Of a stretch of DNA of 64,000 nucleotides, positions 51,974-61,665 are shown piece after piece (the first letter of the stretch is position 1; each line of letters begins with the position of its first letter). Below the pieces are notes generated by a model that saw nothing but the letters and a program-made list of their open reading frames with translations, was not told where the DNA came from and searched no databases. Both the position numbers and the translations under genes were made by a program. This DNA comes from Rhodosorus marinus CCMP1338 (Eukaryota; Plantae; Rhodophyta), in the NCBI GenBank assembly GCA_029953675.1, contig JAMWBK010000009.1, positions 930,001 to 994,000 on the forward strand, read 5' to 3'.

Positions 51974-53965
51974 TCACGCAGTTTGTGGTGTGGCCGGAGC
52001 TTCAGGGGCCGCTGCCTTGGCTGCTTCTCCTTCTCTCTTCGCCTCAACGAGGCTAGCCAATGTTGCCGCTGTCACGGCGTCATATAAACCCAGACTCTCA
52101 ACAGAGTCAGCCAGACCGCATTCCTCCTGAAGCTTCTTGACTCCAGCTTCAGTGTACTTCCCGTAGAATCCAACACGATGCCGCATATTCGCGGGAACCA
52201 TTTTGCCCACCTCCACGAGCATGGCCTGCAAATGCATGACTTTGTTCCCACTTGAGCCCTTCTCAAGCGGTGCTTTCGGAGTGGTCTCACCCTCAAAGTT
52301 CTCGTCCTTCTCCCACGGCTTCTGCTTGAGCATACCCATGGGACCCATTCGCCTGGCCATCTTCCGCTTGTTCATCTCTTGAAGATGTTTTCTAACTGAA
52401 ACCTCACCCAACGCTTTCTTCACAGCAGCCAAAATCTTCTGTACACTGTCCTCAGATAGCCCAGCTTGGTCCAGCTCAACCTTCAGGTCTTGTTCGAAGC
52501 TATCGATCTTTTCCGCTGCGATGCCCTCCTCAGCGTTGGCTTCTGCACCAAGAGTGTCTCGGACAAACTTTTTCATCAGAGGAAATACCTGAGGCCCTGA
52601 AGTAAAAGCGGCCTGCATCTGGCCATTCACCCATACTGACTTAGCGGCCTCCTCAATCGCTTGACGAGTATCATCAGAAACAGACTCCATTGCCTTCTGG
52701 AAACGGTGCATCATGTGGGGGCCAAACGGCATTCCTCCCGCCATCCAGGGACCGGGACGCCCTTGCTGAACACCGTACCCTGGCCGCCTAAAGCCTCCTA
52801 AGAACGGAGAAAAGCTGCTCATTAACCAGAAAATGTTGGACAGGTCAAACTCCGCAGTGGATTCCTCAGTTTCCTTGGACTGTTCAGCTTCAGTCGGCAT
52901 ATTCTCAACAAGAGTTTTCAATGCAGCTGCAGTAATCTCATCATAGGAGCCAGCCACCTCGAGCTGTAGGTTTTGCTCTTCCTGCAGGGTCTTGATGGCA
53001 GCCATCGTCCGCGGTCCGAAGAATCCAGCTCGCCAACGGATGTTTTCGTATTTCAATTTTCCAAGCTTAATCAGGCAAGACTGGAGGTGCAAGACTTTCG
53101 GCCCCTCATCACCGCGCTTCAGCGGTGCCTTCGGAACAATTTCTCCTTCGAAACCCTCCTCGTTCTCCCATTCCTTTTCGCGCATTCGAAAAGCCTCACC
53201 TTCGGTTGCCCACTGGAAGCGCCGATGGGCAACAAAGAGTAGGCGTCGAGCAGGTTTCTCCTTGAGGCCTGCTCTGACCGCATCGAGAATCTCGTTGACA
53301 TTCGGTTCTGCGATGCTATCTTGCATTACCGCGCGGAGATTCTCTATGAGAGTATCTACCTTGGCAGAATCTAGATCCTGTTCAATTTGAGATTCCAAAG
53401 ATAAGTTCTCCTCAGTGAAGCCTCTCATGTTCTCCAGGATCTTGGGAGCGATCGCCATGAAATTCTCCATCTGTCCAGAGTCGAAGATGTGCATGGCTGC
53501 ATCCTTGAACCGATTCTTCACTGGCTCAGGAACTGCTTGAATGCTCTTCACAATCGGATTAATGAATCTGCCCCCGGGGAAGAAGTGCATGAAAGAACCC
53601 TGGGGCATACCAGAGAAGAATTCGGTGAACGAAGGCATGCCACCCGGCATGGGTCCGCGAGAAGATCGCTTCTTTCCCTCGTCGACTGCTAGAGCCTCCA
53701 TTGTGAGCAGCCCTCCATCCTGTCCTCGCTGCAACTCTGCTTTCGAGACAATCACGGCCTCTACAAACTCATCCTCGGATGTGACACGAACCATATCACC
53801 CTCATCATCCTTGTACTGGATGATGAACTCCTTGAAACTCGGTTTATACAGCTCAACTAGTCTTTTCTGCAACTCTTCATAACTACACTGCCCAGCATTC
53901 AGCCGAAAACGACGAACATCTCCGCCGTACCTAACCTTCACCGGTACAGGACCGCGCACTCCCAT
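51974..53965 (-). CDS. PB1-domain protein with two peptidoglycan-binding-like (PG_binding_1-type) domains, intronless, 663 aa
   Basis: aa ~7-78 PB1 (VKVRYGGDVRRF...IQYKDDEGDMVRVTSEDEF); aa ~281-352 LKRGDEGPKVLHLQSCLIKLG...GFFGPRTMAAIKTLQEEQNL...GSYDEITAAAL; aa ~566-639 LEKGSSGNKVMHLQAMLVEVG...GFYGKYTEAGVKKLQEECGL...GLYDAVTAATL. Confidence 0.88.
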   Translation of the reverse strand: MGVRGPVPVKVRYGGDVRRFRLNAGQCSYEELQKRLVELYKPSFKEFIIQYKDDEGDMVRVTSEDEFVEAVIVSKAELQRGQDGGLLTMEALAVDEGKKRSSRGPMPGGMPSFTEFFSGMPQGSFMHFFPGGRFINPIVKSIQAVPEPVKNRFKDAAMHIFDSGQMENFMAIAPKILENMRGFTEENLSLESQIEQDLDSAKVDTLIENLRAVMQDSIAEPNVNEILDAVRAGLKEKPARRLLFVAHRRFQWATEGEAFRMREKEWENEEGFEGEIVPKAPLKRGDEGPKVLHLQSCLIKLGKLKYENIRWRAGFFGPRTMAAIKTLQEEQNLQLEVAGSYDEITAAALKTLVENMPTEAEQSKETEESTAEFDLSNIFWLMSSFSPFLGGFRRPGYGVQQGRPGPWMAGGMPFGPHMMHRFQKAMESVSDDTRQAIEEAAKSVWVNGQMQAAFTSGPQVFPLMKKFVRDTLGAEANAEEGIAAEKIDSFEQDLKVELDQAGLSEDSVQKILAAVKKALGEVSVRKHLQEMNKRKMARRMGPMGMLKQKPWEKDENFEGETTPKAPLEKGSSGNKVMHLQAMLVEVGKMVPANMRHRVGFYGKYTEAGVKKLQEECGLADSVESLGLYDAVTAATLASLVEAKREGEAAKAAAPEAPATPQTA

Positions 53966-54487
53966 CCTTCAAAGCACCGAAACACAAACTCAAAATCACT
54001 TCGCTGTCTTCAGATCGCCAACAAACAACACAGATGTTCCAAAAACAAAACAAACTATAACAACTCTTAACATCCAACCCACCCAGTTCCCAACCCACCT
54101 CTGTCCCAACTCCTTTCATGGAATCTACCTTTTTATACTCTCACTCACACCAACATCTGACACTGGACAGCACTTGACTCGACTCTACTTTTTTGAAAAA
54201 TAATTTCGAGTGTTCTTAGAGAGAATTGAACTTGCGACCTAGAGAATCTTCCAACTGAGAACACGCGCGCCGTATCTAACTCTCCGCAGTATTGGAACAG
54301 GGGTATAAGTTTGTTTCCTGTGCAATATAAATTTGAATAATAATAATGAATATGAAGATGTTCTATTTTTTTTATGGTTTCTATGACCCGTTGGAAGAGA
54401 GAATTTAAATTCCACCCGTGTGGCGCAGGTTCGAAACTCGGTGGTGGAGCTTTCGCCGTTGTTTGGACACTGGTCGTTTTCTTTGGA

Positions 54488-54573
54488 AGCCTGGTTAACT
54501 AAGGGTCGAGTTTTGGGAGTGACCGGAAGCGAGCCGAAGCACTCCCAAAACTCGATCCTTAGTTAACCAGGCT
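54488..54573. repeat. 34-bp inverted repeat with 18-nt loop (long hairpin)
   Basis: Arm 1 AGCCTGGTTAACTAAGGGTCGAGTTTTGGGAGTG (54488-54521); arm 2 CACTCCCAAAACTCGATCCTTAGTTAACCAGGCT (54540-54573). One mismatch, which is a G:U pair in the plus-strand RNA. Confidence 0.95.
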
Positions 54574-55457
54574 GAGGCTTTAGGTCCGATAGAGGACGTG
54601 AGATCTGCAATCAGGCGCTAGTTTGAAGCCTGTACAGAGGACCCGCAAATGAAGAAGACTCAGGCGCCAGAAAGAAAAATCTTTGGTCTGGCCCTGTAGA
54701 TGAAGAAAGCGCTGAGCAGTAGAAAGAACGTCTGTCTGGAAACGCTAGACCCTGGCACTCCACGGTAAACCCTGTCCCATGGTGAAGAAAAGCGCTCATG
54801 ACATATGTACTTGTAAAATATTAAATTAACGGATAAATGTTTACCAATCAAATTAATATTTAGGAAATATTAACAATCTTATTGTATAATAATTTTTATA
54901 TTAAATATCATGAATCTCGAATGCAAAACAAAAAATGAATGACGCTTTTATTATTCGATATTAAATACGAGATACTACTCAAAATGAAGCATACTCTACA
55001 TATGTATTATATTTCAAAAATATTTTACCGCTAGTATGTCACATATCTGCAAAGAGTGTGGTTTTCGAAATCGTACATTTTTCTTTTGATATTCAGATGG
55101 TGGCGTGGTCCGGATTTGCGGGGATTTCGTGGACGATCTCGGATGATACTCTCTCTTCCGGCTACCAGTGCAGTACATAGCCGATGACCCTCAAACGGAT
55201 CCGGTACGGACAGGCCATTCCATCCTAGTGGAGCTGCTGGAGATAGGGTTGGGGATGTGGGAGGTAACAGCGTCCTTGGAGGGGTAGGAGGATGTCGAGA
55301 AGCCTAAGTTGAGCTTTTTGCACAACTCAGGTTCTTGGTGGTGACAGATCTTATCTGTTTTGTTTGGTTTCTGTTTTTGGGAAGGCGTGGGGTTTTTGTG
55401 ATTCTGTTGTCGGGTCCAGGGACGACGGATACTTTAGGTATCGATAGTTCTAATTAG

Positions 55458-58400
55458 ATGATAAGTTTCATCCCGTCGACATTAAGAGTGTGTCTGAAAT
55501 CCACATCGACATCGGTTTGTATTCGATCCAAGGTGAGCGAGATTGGTACAGGATGTTGTGGTCAGTTTTGGTTATTTTCCGGGTTGTCTACTGAACAGTG
55601 TGGACCTGTTTTCAGAATTTTAAGGTTAGATCGGAGAGAAAAAGGCTCGTGCGCGTGAGATCAATGGCGTCCTCATCGATTGAAACTCCGAAACCGGGAA
55701 GCGAGGGGAGTACTGATAAGAAAAAGAATCGCTTGGCAAGTGAAAAATCGCCGTACTTGCTCCAGCACCAGTACAACCCCGTCGATTGGTATCCGTGGGG
55801 AGAAGAGGCATTCAAGAAGGCCAAAGATGAGAACAAGCCGATTTTCCTGTCAGTTGGGTACAGCACGTGTCACTGGTGAGATTATTCTGCAATGTCCTGC
55901 TGCAATATTTTACTGTGTAGTCACAGCTGACGAAACATATGGCAACTGAAAGGTGCCATGTCATGGAACGAGAATCGTTTGAAAACGAAGACGTAGCAAA
56001 GCTTCTGAACGATAGCTTCGTTGCTATAAAGCTTGACAGAGAAGAGCGTCCAGACGTAGACTCCGTGTACATGACCTACATTCAAGCGACGAGTGGCCAG
56101 GGCGGTTGGCCGATGTCTGTCTTTATGACACCTGATTTGGTAGGTAGAAGTGAAGCAGTGTATGGTTGTCCATGAAGCTCAATATCGCTGACTGATGCAC
56201 GCCGAATCGGAAGAAACCGTTTGTTGGAGCGACATATCTACCCATCGACAGATTCTCGTTCGCGCTGAAAGACATATCTGAGAAGTGGAATTCCATGAGA
56301 GACAAGCTCGAGGAAGAAGGAGAAAGGATCGTCACGGCGCTTCGTCAGCTCGTTGCACAACCCAGAGGCGGACTAGCAGAGACCCTGGACAAAGATTTTT
56401 TGACCCTTGGTAGCCATTCGCTCTACGCATGGACACGTGGGCTTTTTTTATAGCGGCTCCAGAGAGCGACTGAACGTAGAACACATCGTTTTGGGGGTTT
56501 CTCGCTCGTAGGGTGCAAAACGGCATCAGACATTTTTGACGACGAGTACGGAGGCTTCGGAAACGCTCCAAAGTTCCCACGTCCATGTGTTTTCGAGATG
56601 CTCTTCGCCATGTGGAAGATGGGGGAAGATGAGTCCGTTGCTTCAGATGCCAGGGACATGGCGTTGTTCACGCTGGAGAAGATGGCAAAGGGTGGCGTGA
56701 ACGATCAGCTCAGGGGAGGCTTTCATAGGTATGAGGAACGGTGACCAAATGGTCGCCGCGAGTATTTTCAGACCTTAATCATCGGAGCACCTTCACTCTT
56801 TGCACGCTCTATCACCACCCCAGATACTCTGTTGACCGATACTGGCATGTGCCACACTTTGAGAAGATGCTGTACGATCAGTCGCAGGTTGCCATGGCTT
56901 TTCTGCAAGCCTTCCAGGTCACAAAGGACACCCTTTTCGAGAGTAGCGCGCGAGGAATCTTGGACTACGTATCGGCCGATATGAAAGATGAAGAGACTGG
57001 TGGATTCTACTCAGCGGAAGATGCTGACTCAGAAGTGCCGTTTGGTGCAGAAGAGGGTCCTACGAAAGCTGAAGGTGATGAGCAACATCGCTCCCATGAA
57101 CCTACTGAAGCCGTATCCTAACTGACTCTCGTGATTCCGGACAATGGAACAGGAGCTTACTATGTCTGGACGTCGTTTGAACTTAAGCTTGTTCTCGGAG
57201 AACAAAACGCCGGAATGTTCTGCGACTACTACGGAGTCTCCCAAGAAGGAAACGCGCCAGCTACGTCAGATCCGCAAGGGGAGTTTGAGGGCAAGAACAT
57301 CTTGAAGATCGAAAAATCACTCAACGAAGTTGCTGAAAGTCAAGGAAAGACTGTTGAAGAGGTGAGACGGGTTCCCAACCACAAAGCTAGTCGTACGAAA
57401 TAGTTCCAAACGATCTTCTGTATGCTTTGAAGGTCGACGCGTACCTGACCGCCGCGAAGAAAAAGCTTCTCGAGCAAAGGGGCAAACGACCAAAGCCCCA
57501 TCTGGACGACAAGATTGTTACCTCCTGGAATGGACTAATGACTTCAGCGTTCGCAAGAGCTGCAAATATTCTTGAAGACGAAGCGTACAATGTAGTAGCA
57601 TCGAAAACGGCAAAGTTTCTGAGCGAGACCATGTGGAATGGTACGTCTAGCAAGGTTGACGTGTTGACCAGAGTGCTGGCTCAACGACAGGACCGTGTTC
57701 TTAATAGCGTCCACTCACTACGAAATTGTCCTTCGATAGGTGAGGTATTGTTCAGAAACTATAGAGAGGGCGTCTCTGGGATAGAGGGCTTTGCTGAAGA
57801 CTACGCGGCAACGATATGCGCCTTTCTTGACGTGTACGAGATGGACGGAGATTGCGAGTGGATTCGAAAAGCCTTGAAGTGAGAAAGCCAAGAACACTCA
57901 TCTCGATTAAGATCGATTCCTGTGTCAGTGCTGAAAGCTTTTTTCTAATGCACAAACTAGGCTGCAAGATGTCATGGATTCTAAGTTTTGGGACAAGGAG
58001 GGTGGCGGATATTTCTCAACCAAGGAGGGAGATGAATCCATCGTTTTCCGGAAGAAGGAGGACTACGACGGTTCTGAACCGAGCCCAACTGGGGTTGCTT
58101 GCGCCAATCTGCTACGCCTTGCAAGCCTAACTGGAAGAGATGATCTTTTGGAGAAATCTAAGCAATGCGCATCTGCGTTCGCCACGATACTCAAGAAGAC
58201 CCCGTTTGCCATGCCCAAGCTAGCAACCAGTGCTTTCTGTGCCCAATCCGGGCTCCGACGAGTCGTAATCGCCAGCGATCCCAGCGCCTCGGCCAGCAAG
58301 GAGTTTGTAAGTACAGACCCCATCCAGCGACTTCAATGTTCACTACTTTAGATCAGATACTCAAGGTTCTTCGGATTGTCCTTCCTAGGCCCACGCATTC

Positions 58401-58601
58401 TTCGCGCTTGGAGTACCGAATGTTGCCTTTGTAAGAGTTGGGCCGGCCGGACCAGGAGCCGATAGCGAGCTGCTGGGAGTTGAAACGAAAGATATGGTAG
58501 CCCGCGATGGAAAGGCCACTGCCTACGTCTGCAAAGGGACTACATGCATGGACCCTGTGACTGACGTTGATGCTTTTGCCGAGCAGCTGAAGAAGTTGTA
58601 G
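55458..58601 (+). CDS. SPATA20: SSP411/SPATA20/YyaL-family protein (thioredoxin-like domain + alpha/alpha toroid) with transit-like N-terminus, multi-exon
   Basis: [27 protein letters not shown]...[12 protein letters not shown]|[11 protein letters not shown]...[11 protein letters not shown]...GGWPMSVF; [10 protein letters not shown]; [13 protein letters not shown]; [11 protein letters not shown]; [15 protein letters not shown]; DYDGSEPS; C-terminal [13 protein letters not shown]. Confidence 0.95.
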
Positions 58602-58692
58602 TGGCGATCTTCCCGAGCTCTTTACAATTCCTACATTACAGTCTCTCTTTCTTGGTCCCCGAATCAGAAGTATGCACAAAAACTCAAGCCTT

Positions 58693-60355
58693 TCATTGAT
58701 ACTCTCCGGTCTTCCGGAATCTCGCGCAGAAGAATCCTGGAGTGTCGTGACGACCCCAGGGCTCAAACCTCTGAACCATTTCACGCTCCTCATCGGAAAG
58801 CCCCATTCCTTCCACACCAACCTCGCCTAGCCTAACCTTGGGCTTTTCTAGCTTAAGAGGAAACTCATCCAACGCGTACCTAATCCAGCGGGAATCAGCT
58901 GTGTTAGAACTTCGTCTTGCCCGTGCGAACCAGACTGAGCTGTGGGAATCGCAACTTACCGAACATTGCTCTCATTCTCTCCTGGGTTTATTGTGCATGT
59001 CGAGTAAACGAGGACACCGCCTGGCTTCAAGAGCATGACCGCCGCACGTAAAAAGTTTCTTTGGAACAACGCCTTCTGCTGCAGGTCTGTACTTAGACGA
59101 TCGCTGAATTCTAGCCTGGGTCTGATGCCCAATGCGCTGCATGGCGGATCAACAAGGATTCGGTCGAACGATTCCCTTGCAAACATGGGTGGATTAGCTC
59201 CATTCGTGACCTATTGCGGCGCGGAGACGAAGGCACCGGCTGATCAGATTGCGGGGCTTGTAGGATCCTACAGGCACTGGCGGCTTTGCTTCACCTCCCC
59301 GCTTTCGGAAATGTATTTTCTGTACTTCGTTGCGTCGTTTCTATGGGCTTGGATTATGGTCAGCCCCAGGCGCTTCGCATTGCGCTCGATGTCTTTGACT
59401 TTCTCGTAACCCTTGTCAAACGCCACCAATCTTCCCTTGTCGCCCATGAGGATTGCCATGTGAGTTGTCTTCCCGCCAGGGCTTGCGCACATGTCGAGGA
59501 CATATTCGCCTAGGTGCGAGCAGAACGGACGAAAAATTAGCTGAATGCTGGGAGTATTCTTATTGCATCTTCAAGAGCAGAGGCCGCGGTCAGATTTCTA
59601 CCTGGTTGAGGATCAAGAACATGCGACACGACCGCTGAGGGCAAATTTTGAAGGTAGATCTTATCCTCCATGATCCCGTTTAGGGATGGTGCAACAAACA
59701 CGGCCTCGTCAAGCACGATCGCGATTCCATGAGCTCTTTCTGTGTGGAAGAGCATCTTTCGATCCATTTTCGCAATTCCGTTGCCGAGGTAGTGTCCCGG
59801 GTGATTGTCCTCATTCTTGAACTACAGGAGTAGGGCACGTAGTCGAGGAAACCAGGATCAGATTCCTCTCCTAACAGCAAAACACAAGATCAGGCGAGCT
59901 AAGGTACGTTTATGGGGACTGCTTACTGATCCTTTGGTTAAAGAATCCGTGATATCGGCGTACACGGCAACTCGAATCCCCACAGCAAGGGACGTCTCCG
60001 CCGCCATGACGCCCGGAGCGAAAATGTTTGCACCTCTGAGAACTGCCTCTCCACATTTTCTTGAAACCCAGACCTTTGAGAGGTTGCTCGAGGATCGGTC
60101 GATCGGTCCCAGAGTCTGTACAACGACAACATCGGGCAAGCTTTCCAAAATTGCGACCGAACCTTTCAGCGCCTCCGGGACAAGAGCTCGCAGCTCCTCC
60201 GCAACTTGCTCAGGAGTCGTAACCAGGGTGTTCACCCGTGCAGTAGTCGGAGGAGGTCTCGCCAGATGTTCAAAGTACTTGAGCGCTACTTCCTCCCCGA
60301 AGAGTCTCTTCATCGTTTCATGGGCATCCCCACCTACACGTTGCACGGAATCCAT
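58693..60355 (-). CDS. NSUN6: NOL1/NOP2/Sun-family RNA m5C methyltransferase with PUA domain (NSUN6-like), multi-exon; N-terminus may extend further upstream
   Basis: PUA-like VSRKCGEAVLRGANIFAPGV; QNLPSAVVSHVLDPQPG; DMCASPGGKTTH; FDRILVDPPCSALG; LVYSTCT; C-terminal DTPGFFCARFRK. Confidence 0.93.
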
Positions 60356-61264
60356 TCTATCCGGTCTTAACGGGACTATGCCTTTGCTCAGGCTGAGTTG
60401 TCCATCCCGATCCTTGAGATCGAAGCGCTTATACTACGCTTCAGAGGCGACGTTAGAGAAAGTTTCGATCGTCAATCCTCTCCGTCCGAGCGCTCTTGGT
60501 TCATTCCAGCCTGCAAACCAAACCTCGCGAAGAACTGTCCGGCTTCAATAAAGACAGAGTTCGTCTTGCTCCAGGTAGTTGAGTTCAAGCAGCGGCCCGA
60601 GACGAGTCTGACGACCTTAGCTGATTATCTACGGTTGAAATACTTGTGCTTCGGTACTAGTAGACGAGATCTAAAGAATCGGTGAGCTCTTGAGTCTCAA
60701 GTTGCTTCCACGCTACCATGATCAGCGGATTTGTCGCGGTGGGAAACGTACGTGCACTCTGTGCTTCGAAACTCTACGCCTATGATCGGTTTGATGTTTC
60801 TTTAACTCTATGATCAACTTCCGCTTCAAGAGAACCAAACCGGCGCTTATTCATATGAGAGCGGCTTCGAAGGTTGCCAAAGGCTTTCAAATTCTCCCAC
60901 CGCACCGATGCAGAAGTGGGACTCAAGACTGGTACCTTGTTCCGCTCTGAAGCAGGAAGGACTCAATTCCTTTCTCCGAGATCGACATCGTGCCAAGGTC
61001 AAGAGCCACTGGTAATCTCATCGAGTCTGAGTCTAGCTCGTTGCCTATACGACAATGAAATGGAATCCTGGAGTTTTTCGCGTCCCTGACAGAGGCTCGA
61101 AGTTATAATTCCCCAACCAATGCTAGTACGTTTGTCTGCCGGACATTGCTCGTAGTTCCGAACTTGCTTCTTGTCGACTCAACGAGAACGGAAATTATCA
61201 CGTGCTTTGTTTCTAGGCCAACCGTTCTCCACGGTGCCGCCTCTTCGGTTGCCAGCATCGATGG

Positions 61265-61665
61265 ACTACCCATTCTAGATTGAATCAGAGACTCGTCCAG
61301 AAGAGCCGTCGCGATTCTAATATCAACAGTCCGCTCATGGGAACGGACGGAGCACTAAAACCAACACATTCCTAGGGTTCTTTCTGGACAACCCTATCCT
61401 GGCTGAAACAGCCGGGATCCGAGCTCGAGAGAGCGATATGGACACAGAGTTCGACACCTCGAGACAGATTGCAGCTCGCGCGCCCCGATATTCGCTGATC
61501 CAGCCTTGATGAACTACCTAGTCTAGATTGAATCAAAGACTCGTCCAGAAGAGCCCTCGCCATTCTAACATCAACAGTCTGCTCATGGGAACGGACGGAT
61601 CACTAAAACGTACACATTCCCATGACTCTTTCCGGACAACCCTAGCTCGAATCCTGGCTGAAACA
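61265..61665. repeat. ~145-bp degenerate direct repeat, period 248 bp (61265-61410 / 61513-61665)
   Basis: Shared TCTAGATTGAATCA(G/A)AGACTCGTCCAGAAGAGCC...CTCATGGGAACGGACGGA...GGACAACCCTA...ATCCTGGCTGAAACA. Confidence 0.92.
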
